Shown here: positions 23,840-34,767 of the stretch, one piece after another
Numbering within the stretch: the first letter of the stretch is position 1
Layout of the letters: the number at the start of each line of letters is the position of its first letter
Notes under the pieces: generated by a model
Told to the model about the DNA's origin: nothing
The model's database searches: none
Seen by the model: the letters and a program-made list of their open reading frames with translations, nothing else
NCBI GenBank assembly: GCA_964576525.1
Contig: CAZNVH010000056.1
Location: 42,425 to 106,424 of the forward strand
Length of the DNA stretch: 64,000 nucleotides
DNA from: an uncultured Enterobacteriaceae bacterium
GTDB taxonomy: Bacteria; Pseudomonadota; Gammaproteobacteria; Burkholderiales; SG8-39
Direction: 5' to 3'
Program-made: the position numbers and the translations under genes

Positions 23840-24157
23840 GTGAGCAAGACCAAATCCGCAACCCGTGAGGAACTGGTGCAGTACCTAGAGAAACTCACTG
23901 GCCGCTCGCTGAAGACGCGCCAGGACATCCGCGAGTACGTGAAAGAGGTGTCCGCGCGCAAGGGCCGCGACCAGCCTTCGGTGCGGCGCTGGCTGAAGGC
24001 GAAGCAGGCGACGCTGATGGCGCTGCTCGCGTTCGGCGTCATCCAGTACTACATGCTCGACGTCCTGCTCGAGATCGTTTCCATGCGCAGCAGCACCTTC
24101 TTCGTCCCCGCAAGCGTGCGACTGATGAAGTCGATGCTCCTTACGCTGCTCGGCTAA
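23840..24157 (+). CDS. hypothetical small membrane protein
   Basis: 105 aa from a GTG start. Charged N-terminal half, then a hydrophobic helix (ATLMALLAFGVIQYYMLDVLLEIV). I recognise no family. Confidence 0.45.
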   Translation: MSKTKSATREELVQYLEKLTGRSLKTRQDIREYVKEVSARKGRDQPSVRRWLKAKQATLMALLAFGVIQYYMLDVLLEIVSMRSSTFFVPASVRLMKSMLLTLLG

Positions 24158-24193
24158 CCGCGGCGGCGATCTCCCCTGCTATAGTCGCCGCCG

Positions 24194-25009
24194 ATGGCGA
24201 CGTACGTAATCGGCGACGTGCAGGGTTGCTTCGACGAGCTCAAGCTGTTGCTGAAGGAGGTCGGCTACCACGAGCGCCAGGACCGGCTGTGGTTCGTCGG
24301 CGATCTGGTCAACCGCGGCCCGAAGTCCCTGGAAGTCCTGCGCTTCGTGCGCGGACTGGGCGAGCGCGCGGTCACGGTGCTCGGCAACCACGACCTGCAT
24401 CTGGTCGCGCAGCACGAGGGCTTCGAGCGCGCGCGCAAGGACGACAGCTTCCATGACGTGCTCGCCGCCGCCGAGGCGCGCGAGCTGGTGACCTGGCTGC
24501 GGCGGCGGCCGATGATGCACGTCGAGGGCCGCTACGCCATGGTGCACGCCGGGCTGCTGCCGCAATGGAGCATCGCCCGGGCGCGCGAGCTGGCGCGTGA
24601 AGTCGAGGACGCGCTCGCCGGCGAGCGCTACCGGGATTTCCTGAAGAACATGTACGGAGCCAAGCCCGAGCAGTGGAGCGACGACCTCGCCGGCTGGGAC
24701 CGGCTGCGCGTGATCGTCAACGCGATGACGCGCATGCGCTTCTGCACGCGCGACGGCCGGATGGAGTTCCACGCCAAGGGCGCCGAGCCGCCGGCCGGTT
24801 ACCTCGCCTGGTTCGACACGCGCCCGCCGGAGCGCGAGACCCTCCTGTGCGGGCACTGGTCGCAGCTCGGGCTGAAGCTCGGCAAGCGCCTGGCGCTGCT
24901 CGACAGCGGCTGCGTCTGGGGCGGCGCCCTGTCCGCGCTGCGCCTCGAGGACCGCGCATTGCATCAGCTATCCTGCCGTGGTTACCAGGCAGCGGGAGGC
25001 GAGGCGTAG
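24194..25009 (+). CDS. apaH: bis(5'-nucleosyl)-tetraphosphatase (symmetrical)
   Basis: 271 aa with the metallophosphoesterase motifs of ApaH (YVIGDVQGC, GDLVNRGP, GNHD, VHAG). Confidence 0.92.
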   Translation: MATYVIGDVQGCFDELKLLLKEVGYHERQDRLWFVGDLVNRGPKSLEVLRFVRGLGERAVTVLGNHDLHLVAQHEGFERARKDDSFHDVLAAAEARELVTWLRRRPMMHVEGRYAMVHAGLLPQWSIARARELAREVEDALAGERYRDFLKNMYGAKPEQWSDDLAGWDRLRVIVNAMTRMRFCTRDGRMEFHAKGAEPPAGYLAWFDTRPPERETLLCGHWSQLGLKLGKRLALLDSGCVWGGALSALRLEDRALHQLSCRGYQAAGGEA

Positions 25010-25431
25010 TGGAAAAGATCGGCGATTGCGTTTTCTGCCGGATCGTGGCGCGCCAGATCCCGGCGACGGTGGTCCACGAGGACGAGCACACCCTCGCCTT
25101 CATGGACCTCGGGCACGTGAACCCCGGTCACGTGCTGGTGGCGGTGAAGAAGCACGCCGAGAACCTGTACACCCTCGACGACGCGCAGGCCGGCGCGGTG
25201 CTGCGCGCCGCGGCGCGCGTCGCGCGCGCGATTCGCGATGCCTTCGCGCCGCAGGGCCTGTCGGTGTACCAGGCAAACGGCAAGGCCGCAGGCCAGACCG
25301 TGTTCCACTATCACGTGCACTTGGTGCCGCGCCACGACGGCGACGGCATGGCGCTCAGCTGGCCGGTGAAGAATCCCCCGCGCGACAAGCTCGAGGAATA
25401 CGCCGCAAAGATCCGCGCGTCCCTGGGCTAG
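25009..25431 (+). CDS. HIT family protein (histidine triad nucleotide hydrolase)
   Basis: 140 aa from the GTG at 25009, overlapping the apaH stop by 1 nt. CVFCRI near the N-terminus and the histidine triad HYHVHLVP. Confidence 0.88.
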   Translation: MEKIGDCVFCRIVARQIPATVVHEDEHTLAFMDLGHVNPGHVLVAVKKHAENLYTLDDAQAGAVLRAAARVARAIRDAFAPQGLSVYQANGKAAGQTVFHYHVHLVPRHDGDGMALSWPVKNPPRDKLEEYAAKIRASLG

Positions 25432-26369
25432 CGCTTCCAGGGCGAATAGCCGAACGCCTGCCGGAAGCGCGCCTCGAGCTCGGCCGGCGTCGCGACGTGG
25501 TTCTGCGCGCCGCGCTGCGCGATCTTGAGGGCGCCCATCAGCGCGCCGAGCCGGCCGGCGCTCGGCCAGTCCCAGCCGTGCGCGATGCCGTAGAGAAGCC
25601 CCGCGCGGTAGGCGTCGCCGCAGCCGGTCGGATCGACCACCGCCTGCGCCTCGACGCTGGGCACCTCGTGGCGCTCGCCCCCTGCCAGGATGAGCGAGCC
25701 CTTGGCGCCGAGCGTGCAGACCAGCGCCTTGACCTGGCGCGCAATCGCCTCGAGCTTGCGCCCGGTCTTCTCCTCGAGCAGCTTGCCCTCGTAGTCGTTG
25801 ACCGCGACGTAGGCCGCCAGGCGCAGGAACTCGTCGAGCTCCTCGCCCGAGAACATCGGCAGGCCCTGCCCCGGATCGAACAGGAACGGGATGCCGGCGG
25901 CGGCGCACTCGCGCGCGTGCTGCTGCATGCCCTGCTTGCCGTCGGGCGCGATGATCGCGACGCCCGCGCCGAGTTCGTGCGTCACGCGGTTCTCGTGCGC
26001 GTGGTTCATGGCGCCAGGGTGGAACGCGGTGATCTGGTTGTCGTCGAGGTCGGTGGTGATGAAGGCTTGCGCGGTGAACTGGCCCGGGATGCGCCTGAGC
26101 AGGCGCGCGCCGATGCCGAGGGCCTCGAGGCGCTTCAGGTAGGGATCGATGTCCTCGCCCACCGTGGCCATGACCAGCGGGTCCTCGCCGAGCAGCTTCA
26201 GGTTGTAGCCGATGTTGCCCGCGGTGCCGCCGAATTCGCGCCGCATCTCGGGCGTGAGGAAGCACACGTTGAGAATGTGCAGCTGGTCGGGGAGCAGGTG
26301 GTTGCGGAAGCGATCCGGGAACACCATGATCGTGTCGTAGGCGATGGAGCCGGTCACCAGGATTTTCAC
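25428..26369 (-). CDS. PfkB-family carbohydrate/nucleoside kinase (adenosine kinase-like)
   Basis: 313 aa with the ribokinase-fold signatures GGTAGNIGYNL and DPTGCGDAYRAG. Confidence 0.82.
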   Translation of the reverse strand: MKILVTGSIAYDTIMVFPDRFRNHLLPDQLHILNVCFLTPEMRREFGGTAGNIGYNLKLLGEDPLVMATVGEDIDPYLKRLEALGIGARLLRRIPGQFTAQAFITTDLDDNQITAFHPGAMNHAHENRVTHELGAGVAIIAPDGKQGMQQHARECAAAGIPFLFDPGQGLPMFSGEELDEFLRLAAYVAVNDYEGKLLEEKTGRKLEAIARQVKALVCTLGAKGSLILAGGERHEVPSVEAQAVVDPTGCGDAYRAGLLYGIAHGWDWPSAGRLGALMGALKIAQRGAQNHVATPAELEARFRQAFGYSPWKR

Positions 26370-27127
26370 GAGGGGTAGAAGAAGTCGACCTTGTAGTTGG
26401 TGGCGCGAACCTGGCGCACATCGAGGTAGACGGTCACCGACGCCGCGCTCTCCGCGTCGATACCGCGCCGCAGGAGCAGCGGCGCAAGCTTCGGGTCAAG
26501 GTATTCGCGCGGCAGCAGGACGCGGCTCGCCAGCGCCGCGCCGGCGCCGTCGGTCAGCGCCAGCTTGAGGGCCGGGTACTCCTGGGCGAACGGCGCCCGG
26601 TTGCTGATCACGAAGTCGAGCACCAGCACGCCGTCGTGCTGCGGGTGCTCGCGCACCTCGTAGGAGTCGAGCACCAGCAGCTTCAGCTGCCGCGGCAGCG
26701 ACACCTCGCAGCCGAGGCTGCGGCACGCGGCCTCGAGCGGCGCGCGCGTCTCGGGCGCGTAGGCGATGATCTCGGCCCGGTAGCGGTATACCGCCTGCCC
26801 GGCGAGCAGCGCCGCGGCGGCGAACGCCGCGAGCCCCCACAGCCAGCCGAAGCGCGGCGCCTGAGCGGGCTCCTCCAGGAACTCGGGGGACGGCGCGTCG
26901 GCGCCCGCCGCGCGCGCGGCCTGCGCCGGCCGCCGCGACGGGTCGAACAGGCCGAGCTGCGGCGACGGGTCGATCGCGAGCCGCTCGGCGCCCTCGTCCA
27001 GCGCCGACACGCCGTCGAACACCGTGCCGCACTTGCCGCAGCGCACCTTGCCGGCGCGCGCGGCGAGCTGGTCGCGCTGCACGCGGAACGCCGTGCCGCA
27101 GACCGGGCAGCGGGTCGTCAGGCTCAT
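26366..27127 (-). CDS. MJ0042-type zinc-ribbon / DUF3426 membrane protein
   Basis: About 253 aa from the ATG at 27127 (MSLTTRCPVCGTAFRV...VRCGKCGTVF, a zinc ribbon), one TM segment, then a C-terminal DUF3426-like beta domain. Confidence 0.7.
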   Translation of the reverse strand: MSLTTRCPVCGTAFRVQRDQLAARAGKVRCGKCGTVFDGVSALDEGAERLAIDPSPQLGLFDPSRRPAQAARAAGADAPSPEFLEEPAQAPRFGWLWGLAAFAAAALLAGQAVYRYRAEIIAYAPETRAPLEAACRSLGCEVSLPRQLKLLVLDSYEVREHPQHDGVLVLDFVISNRAPFAQEYPALKLALTDGAGAALASRVLLPREYLDPKLAPLLLRRGIDAESAASVTVYLDVRQVRATNYKVDFFYPS

Positions 27128-27923
27128 CGGCGCGACCCCAGCAGAAGCGCCCACCCACCTTCCCGATCATGAACCTTGACGTTCATCCAGGGCAGGTAAG
27201 CGGCGATCACCTCCCCCGCCTGCTCGTCCAGGATTCCGGAAAGCACGACGCGCCGGCCGCGCGCTGCGAGCAGCGGCGCGAGCAGGATCAGGGGTTGGGC
27301 GAGGATGTTCGAGACCACCAGGTCATAGCTTTCCGGAGCGAGCGCCTCGGGCAACGCGGCGCGCAGCACGACGCCGTTGGCGAGGGCGTTGGCGCGCGTC
27401 GTTTCGACCGCCTGCGGGTCGAGGTCCACCGCGTCGACCTGCGCTGCACCCAGCCGGGCGGCGACGATCGCCAATATACCGGAGCCGCACCCGTAGTCGA
27501 GGACGTGCTCGCCGCCCCTGATGCTTTTTTCCAGGAAACCTAAAACCAATTTCGTTGTCGGGTGGCTTCCGGTGCCGAACGCGAGGCCCGGGTCGATGCG
27601 TACCGCGATACGACCCCGTGGCGCCTCGCACCAGTGAGGCCCGACCCAGAGGCGCCCCCCCACTTCGAGCGGCTTGAACTGCGCCTGGCTTTCGCGCACC
27701 CAGTCGCGGTCATCGAGCTGCTGCGCGGTGAAGCGCGGACTTGCGACGCCGGCCGCCTGTGCCGCCGCGGCGATCAGCGCTTCCGGGTCTTCGTGCGGAT
27801 CGAGGATCGCGGACACCCGCCCGGCCTCCAGCGCCACCGACTGCGCGCCGGCCTCGAGCAGCGCATCGCTGAACGCCTCGGCCGCCACCCGGTCCACCTC
27901 GAGGCTCAGCGCGAGCCAGGGCA

Positions 27924-27924
<1 letters not shown>
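27124..27924 (-). CDS. prmA: ribosomal protein L11 methyltransferase
   Basis: 266 aa (MPWLALSLEV...). GLAFGTGSHPTT and VLDYGCGSGILAI are present. Follows accBC as in many proteobacteria. Confidence 0.92.
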
Positions 27925-29279
<1,355 letters not shown>

Positions 29280-29741
29280 CTAGCCCAGGATGAACAGGGG
29301 TTGGCCGTACTCGACGGGTTGCCCGCTCTCGATCAGGATTGCCTTCACCACGCCCGAGGCGTCGGCCTCGATCTCGTTCATGAGCTTCATCGCCTCGATG
29401 ATGCAGATGGTGTCGCCCTCCTTCACCGCCTGCCCGACCTCGACGAACACCTTGGCGTCGGGCGACGGCGAGCGGTAGAAGGTCCCGACCATCGGTGCCT
29501 TGACCACGTGGCCCTCCTGGCCGGGCTCGGGTTCGGCCGGGGCCGGAGCGGCGGCCGCTGCCGGAGCCGGCGCGGCGGGGGTTGGGGGAGCGGCAGCCGC
29601 CTGGGGCGCAACCGGGGCGCTCATCGTCACGCCACCGCCCTTGACGATCTTGACCTTCTCTTCGCCCTCGGTGATCTCCAGCTCGGCGATGCCGGATTCC
29701 TCCACCAGATCGATCAGCTTCTTCAGCTTGCGCAGGTCCAT
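29280..29741 (-). CDS. accB: acetyl-CoA carboxylase biotin carboxyl carrier protein
   Basis: 153 aa with an Ala/Pro-rich linker and the biotinylation motif [10 protein letters not shown]. Confidence 0.96.
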   Translation of the reverse strand: MDLRKLKKLIDLVEESGIAELEITEGEEKVKIVKGGGVTMSAPVAPQAAAAPPTPAAPAPAAAAAPAPAEPEPGQEGHVVKAPMVGTFYRSPSPDAKVFVEVGQAVKEGDTICIIEAMKLMNEIEADASGVVKAILIESGQPVEYGQPLFILG

Positions 29742-29804
29742 GGACTCCCTCCTCGCAACGGCCGATCGCGCTTTTAGGCGTTTTTCGCCGCAGAACGCAG
29801 CATT

Positions 29805-30329
29805 TTACCGAAATAAGCCTGCAAGAACCTGATCGAGATCCTGGGCGGTCATGGCCCCCAGGTGGCGGTGGACCACCGACCCGCTGCGGTCGAACACCAC
29901 TGTATAGGGGAGTGCGCCGGCACGGTTTCCGAGCCCTCGCATGAGCTCGATCGCCGCTGCGTCCCCCACGAGGATCGGATAGCTGATCCTGTACGTTGCC
30001 GCAAATTCGACGATCTTCTCTACAGAATCGATACCGATACCCACAACCTCGAGACCGGAGGAAAGGCGTTGCTGCCTTGCAGCAACGAGTAACGGGATCT
30101 CCTCCCGGCAGGGGGCGCACCAGGTCGCCCAGAAGTTACAGAGCAGCACCCTGCCCTGCCAGTCGAGAAGCCGCCGGCTGTTCCCGGAGAGGTCGCGGAA
30201 GCGCGCGGCGAGCAGATTCGCCGCCCCGCTCCGTGCCTGGAGGGCGAGCACGCCGGCGAGAGCGCCGGCGGCGGCGGCCGCCACCGCCACCGCCCCCAGG
30301 GTCAGGACTTCACGCCGAGCCAGCGCCAT
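29805..30329 (-). CDS. TlpA-family thiol:disulfide oxidoreductase
   Basis: 174 aa with an N-terminal anchor or signal and a thioredoxin-fold active site, FWATWCAPCREEIP. Confidence 0.85.
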   Translation of the reverse strand: MALARREVLTLGAVAVAAAAAGALAGVLALQARSGAANLLAARFRDLSGNSRRLLDWQGRVLLCNFWATWCAPCREEIPLLVAARQQRLSSGLEVVGIGIDSVEKIVEFAATYRISYPILVGDAAAIELMRGLGNRAGALPYTVVFDRSGSVVHRHLGAMTAQDLDQVLAGLFR

Positions 30330-30939
30330 CGCGGAGCAGCGAGCCGACTTCGGCGATTCCGGCGCGGTCCATCACCCTGCCCGCCTGCGAGGTCTTGAGC
30401 GCCAGACGCTCGTCGCGCGGGTCGAACACCGACAGCTTGAGGGGCGTGTCCTGCCAGGTGAGCGACAGGACCCCCACGGCATGCGCGCGGTCGCCCGAAT
30501 AGCGGCGCGCCTCGTGCGTGCTGTAGGAGATGTTGCGATCGAGCAGGAACAGCTCGACGTCCTTGGCGCTTTCGGGAAACAGCTGCAGGTCGATCTCGGC
30601 GTAAGGCCCGGCCGTGCCTTTCAGCACCGGCCCGGTGAGATAGGGGCTGAAGCGCTCGAGCGCCCGCATGGCGTCCAGCGCGATGCGCCGCAGCTCGGTG
30701 GTGCGCGCCGGGTGCTCCTTGGGCTGGTAGAGCGCCCGGTAGGCGCGCAGCTCGGCCTCGACCTCGTCGTTGTCGGGCAGCGCCTCGCGCATTTCGTCCC
30801 CGCGGGCGGCGCCGAGCTGGCGCGCCGCCTTGCGCTTGGCGAGCGCGAAGTCGTCGACGCCGTCCTCGGCCATGATGCGCGCCGCGGCTGCGGCGATGCG
30901 CACGCGCATGCCCGCCGCACGGTTTCCTCTGCGGCTCAT
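30310..30939 (-). CDS. conserved hypothetical protein, possible degenerate Pol-beta-type nucleotidyltransferase fold
   Basis: 209 aa. The segment LTGPVLKGTAGPYAEIDLQLF resembles the minimal nucleotidyltransferase motif hG[GS]x9-13DhDh, but with GP and ExD. I make no firm family assignment. Confidence 0.45.
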   Translation of the reverse strand: MSRRGNRAAGMRVRIAAAAARIMAEDGVDDFALAKRKAARQLGAARGDEMREALPDNDEVEAELRAYRALYQPKEHPARTTELRRIALDAMRALERFSPYLTGPVLKGTAGPYAEIDLQLFPESAKDVELFLLDRNISYSTHEARRYSGDRAHAVGVLSLTWQDTPLKLSVFDPRDERLALKTSQAGRVMDRAGIAEVGSLLRDGAGSA

Positions 30940-30975
30940 CCCTGCGATTCAATCATAGAATCTTGTCCCTCCTGC

Positions 30976-32334
30976 ATGGCCACCCACCTCCACATCCTCG
31001 GCATCTGCGGCACCTTCATGGGCGGCATCGCGGCGATCGCGCAGAGCGCCGGTTACCGCGTCACCGGCTGCGACGCCAACGTCTATCCGCCGATGAGCGA
31101 GCAGCTGCGCGCCCTGGGCATCGAGCTCACCGAGGGCTTCGGCGAGGAGCAGATCGCCCGGCGCCCGGACCTCTGGGTGGTCGGCAACGTGGTGACGCGC
31201 GGCAACCCGCTGATGGAGGCGATCCTCGATCGGGGGGAGCGCTACGTTTCCGGGCCGCAATGGCTCGCCGAGCACGTCCTTGCCGGCAAGCACGTGCTGG
31301 CGGTCGCCGGTACCCACGGCAAGACGACGGTCTCGGCCATGCTGGCCTGGATCCTCGAGCGCGCGGGCTGCAACCCCGGCTTCCTGATCGGCGGGGTGCC
31401 GAACGACTTCCCGGTTTCGGCGCGCCTGACTTCCTCCCTCCTCTTCGTCATCGAGGCCGACGAGTACGACACGGCCTTCTTCGACAAGCGCTCCAAGTTC
31501 GTGCACTACCACGCACGCACCGCAATCCTCAATAACATCGAACTCGATCATGCAGACATCTTCGACGATCTTGCAGCGATCGAACGGCAATTTCACCACT
31601 TCGTTAGAACGGTGCCCCGGTCTGGAAAGGTGATCGTGAACGGCGCCGACGAGGCGGTGAAGCGAGTACTTACAATGGGCTGCTGGACCCCGGTGGAAGT
31701 CTTCGGCCGAGCGCAGGGGTGGCAGGCCGGCGATCCCGGTCCCGACGGGAGCTTCGAGATCGCGCTGGCAGGGCAGGGTGTCGGTCGCGTCGGCTGGAGC
31801 CTGCCCGGCGCCCACAACAGGCTGAACGCGCTCGCGGCAATCGCGGCCGCGCGCCATGCCGGAGTCGAGCCGGCGGCCGCGATCGAGGCCCTGGGCAGCT
31901 TCGGCGGGGTGCGGCGGCGCATGGAGGAGCGGGGGCGGGTGAATGGTGTCACGGTGTACGACGATTTCGCGCACCACCCGACCGCGATCCGCGCCACGCT
32001 CGAGGGGCTGCGCCAGCGGGTCGGGAAGGCGCGCATCCTCGCGGTGCTCGAGCCGCGCTCGAACACGATGAAGCGCGGCGTCATGAAGGACGCGCTGCCG
32101 CCGAGCCTCGCGCAGGCCGACCGCTCCTACGTCTACGCCTCCGGCCTCGGCTGGGACGCGCGCGCGCTCTTCGCGCCGCTCGGCGCGCGCGTGCGTTGCG
32201 AGGAAGAGCTGGAGGCGCTGATCGGCGCGGTGGCCGGGGAGGCTAGGGCGGGGGACCATATCCTGGTGATGTCCAACGGTGGTTTTGGCGGTATTCACGA
32301 CAAATTGCTTGATCGTCTATCTGCACGGGTTTAA
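30976..32334 (+). CDS. mpl: UDP-N-acetylmuramate:L-alanyl-gamma-D-glutamyl-meso-diaminopimelate ligase
   Basis: 452 aa from the ATG at 30976 (MATHLHILGICGTFMGGIA). Mur-ligase P-loop AGTHGKTT. The track ORF starting at 30481 is an upstream extension. Confidence 0.92.
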   Translation: MATHLHILGICGTFMGGIAAIAQSAGYRVTGCDANVYPPMSEQLRALGIELTEGFGEEQIARRPDLWVVGNVVTRGNPLMEAILDRGERYVSGPQWLAEHVLAGKHVLAVAGTHGKTTVSAMLAWILERAGCNPGFLIGGVPNDFPVSARLTSSLLFVIEADEYDTAFFDKRSKFVHYHARTAILNNIELDHADIFDDLAAIERQFHHFVRTVPRSGKVIVNGADEAVKRVLTMGCWTPVEVFGRAQGWQAGDPGPDGSFEIALAGQGVGRVGWSLPGAHNRLNALAAIAAARHAGVEPAAAIEALGSFGGVRRRMEERGRVNGVTVYDDFAHHPTAIRATLEGLRQRVGKARILAVLEPRSNTMKRGVMKDALPPSLAQADRSYVYASGLGWDARALFAPLGARVRCEEELEALIGAVAGEARAGDHILVMSNGGFGGIHDKLLDRLSARV

Positions 32335-32869
32335 TTCGTCGCCCTTGTCCCACAAGGCACAGGTGATGGCGCGCTTCATGGCCGAGCGCGGCTTCGAGCG
32401 CGAGTACGCCTGCCCGGCGCTGCCGCCCCTGGCGGGCGAAGCGATCGCGATGGCCGAGAAGCTGATGCGCGGGAAAGCCTGCTTCGTCGGCTCCTCGCTC
32501 GGCGGGTTCTACGCCACCTGGCTCGCCGAGAAGCACGGGGGCAGGGCGGTGCTGATCAACCCCGCGATCGATCCGCATATCGGCCTGCGTGCCTACCTGG
32601 GAACGCAGAGGAACCTGCATACCGGCGAGCCCTACGAGCTTACCGAGGCGCACCTGCGCGAATGGGAGAAGCTCTATGTGCCGCAGATCACGCCGGCGCG
32701 CTACCTGCTCCTGGTCGAGACCGGCGACGAGGTGCTCGACTATCGCCGCGCGGTGGCGCGCTACGCCGGCGCCGAGCAGGTAGTGATCCCCGGCGGCGAC
32801 CACAGCCTGCAGAGCTTCCCGCAACACCTGTCGCGCATACTCGAGTTCTCCCGTGCAGCTTCTCTATGA
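32309..32869 (+). CDS. YqiA/YcfP-family esterase (alpha/beta hydrolase)
   Basis: IVYLHGFNSSP at the N-terminus, nucleophile elbow GSSLGG, C-terminal GGDHS. The start is uncertain: TTG 32309 or GTG 32279. Confidence 0.78.
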   Translation: MIVYLHGFNSSPLSHKAQVMARFMAERGFEREYACPALPPLAGEAIAMAEKLMRGKACFVGSSLGGFYATWLAEKHGGRAVLINPAIDPHIGLRAYLGTQRNLHTGEPYELTEAHLREWEKLYVPQITPARYLLLVETGDEVLDYRRAVARYAGAEQVVIPGGDHSLQSFPQHLSRILEFSRAASL

Positions 32870-34742
32870 GGAAGACGGCGACCTGAAGGTCGGCACGGTG
32901 CTGACCCGGGCGCCGGCGTCGTTCCAGGTCGAAAGCCCGCACGGCCGCCGCTCCAAGGTGAAGGCCGCGAACGTGCTGCTCGAGTTCGAACGTCCCGCGG
33001 CCGCGGAGCTGCTCGCCGCCGCCGCGGGCTTCTCGCTCGGGCTCGAGGTGCCTTTCCTGTGGGAATGCAGCGCCGGGCGCGAGTTCGGCTTCCAGGACCT
33101 GGCGCGCGAGTACGTCGGGCGCGAGCCGACCCCGGTGGAGGCGGCGGGCGTGCTGATGAAACTGCACGCGGCGCCGATGTACTTCTACCGCCGCGGCAAG
33201 GGGCGCTTTCAGGCCGCGCCCGAGGCGACGCTCAAGCTCGCGCTCGCCGCGGTCGAGAAAAAGAAGCGCGCGCAGGAGCAGCTCGCGGCCTGGGCCGGGG
33301 AGCTCGCCGGCGGCGCCTGCCCGCCGCAGATCGCGGCGCTCAAGGACGAGCTGCTGTACGCGCCGGACCGCAGCAAGCCCGAGACCCGGGCGCTCGAAGA
33401 AGCCTGTGCGCGGACCGGGCTCGCGCCGGCGCGGCTGTTCGAGCGCTGCGGGCTGCTGCCCGACACCCACGAGTACCACCTGAAGCGCTTCCTGCACGAG
33501 TTCTTTCCGGCGGGCGAGGCGTTCCCGCCGCACGAGCTGCCCGCGCTGCCCGAGGCGCTGCCGCGCGCCCCGGTCGCCGCCTTCAGCCTGGACGAGGTCG
33601 GCACCACCGAGATCGACGACGCGTTCTCGGTGCAGCGCACGGCGGCGGGCCGGCTGCGCCTGGGCATCCACATCGCGGCGCCGGCGCTCGGCATCGCGCC
33701 CGGCTCGCCGCTCGCCGCGGTGGCGCGCGAGCGCCTGTCGACCGCCTACATGCCCGGGCGCAAGTTCACCATGCTTCCGGAGGACGCGATCGCGCGCTTC
33801 TCGCTCGACCAGGGCGGCGAGCTGCCGGCCGTGTCGCTGTACATCGACGTCGAGGAAGCCGGCCACGCGGTGCTCGGCCGGCACACGCGCCTGGAGCTCG
33901 TGCCGATCGTCGCCAATCTGCGCCACGCCGAGTACGGGGTGCTGAACGAGGCTTTTGAAAGAAACGAGAGCCGGGGACTCGCGTTCGAGGAGGAGCTGCG
34001 CACGCTGTGGCGCTTTGCCGGCGCGCTCGAGGCACGCCGCGGCCGGCCGAGCGCCGGCGCGGCGATCCTCGACTACAGCTTCCACGTCGAGAACGGCCGC
34101 GTGAGCATCGTGCCGCGCAAGCGCGGGGCGCCGCTCGACAAGCTGGTTTCGGAGATGATGATCTTCGCCAACTCGACCTGGGGCGAGCTGCTCGCCGAGC
34201 GCGACGTGGCGGCGATCTACCGCGTGCAGTCGGTCGGAAAAGTGCGCCTCAGCGTGCACCCCGAGCCGCACGAGGGCCTGGGCGTGGCCTGCTATGCCTG
34301 GATGACCTCGCCGCTGCGGCGCTACGTCGACCTCGTCAACCAGTGGCAGCTCGCCGCGGCGCTCGCCGGGCGCAAGGCGCCTCTCGCACGCAACTCCGAC
34401 GCGCTGCTCTCGGCGCTGCGCGCCTTCGAGGTGACCTATGCGCGCTACGACGAGCACCAGCGCGCCATGGAAACCTACTGGAGCCTGCGCTGGATCCTCC
34501 AGGAGCAACTCAAGGCGCTGGAGGCGGTGGTGCACCGTGAGAATCTGGTCCGGATCGACGGCCTGCCGCTCACGACGCGGGTAAGCTCGCTTCCCGCGCT
34601 GGAGCCCGCCACGCGGGTGCGGCTGGAGGTCACCGCGGTCGACCTGATCGAGCGTACGCTTGCCTGCACGTACCGGGAAACGCTCGGCCGCGACGCTGCC
34701 GGGGTGCAGGATGTCGCAGTGGACGCTAGTCAAAAAGCCTAA
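32853..34742 (+). CDS. RNB-domain exoribonuclease (RNase II/R family)
   Basis: 629 aa. RNB catalytic region (TTEIDDAFSV, YAWMTSPLRRYVDLVNQ). Confidence 0.85.
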   Translation: MQLLYEEDGDLKVGTVLTRAPASFQVESPHGRRSKVKAANVLLEFERPAAAELLAAAAGFSLGLEVPFLWECSAGREFGFQDLAREYVGREPTPVEAAGVLMKLHAAPMYFYRRGKGRFQAAPEATLKLALAAVEKKKRAQEQLAAWAGELAGGACPPQIAALKDELLYAPDRSKPETRALEEACARTGLAPARLFERCGLLPDTHEYHLKRFLHEFFPAGEAFPPHELPALPEALPRAPVAAFSLDEVGTTEIDDAFSVQRTAAGRLRLGIHIAAPALGIAPGSPLAAVARERLSTAYMPGRKFTMLPEDAIARFSLDQGGELPAVSLYIDVEEAGHAVLGRHTRLELVPIVANLRHAEYGVLNEAFERNESRGLAFEEELRTLWRFAGALEARRGRPSAGAAILDYSFHVENGRVSIVPRKRGAPLDKLVSEMMIFANSTWGELLAERDVAAIYRVQSVGKVRLSVHPEPHEGLGVACYAWMTSPLRRYVDLVNQWQLAAALAGRKAPLARNSDALLSALRAFEVTYARYDEHQRAMETYWSLRWILQEQLKALEAVVHRENLVRIDGLPLTTRVSSLPALEPATRVRLEVTAVDLIERTLACTYRETLGRDAAGVQDVAVDASQKA

Positions 34743-34767
34743 AATATGAAAGGCTTGTGGTATTGAC

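Noticed and set aside
24161-24193. 9-bp inverted repeat (CGGCGGCGA-N15-TCGCCGCCG) as a terminator for the preceding small ORF.
   Set aside because: No T-tract follows it, and it ends exactly at the apaH ATG. It may be a structural or regulatory hairpin, but the evidence for termination is insufficient.
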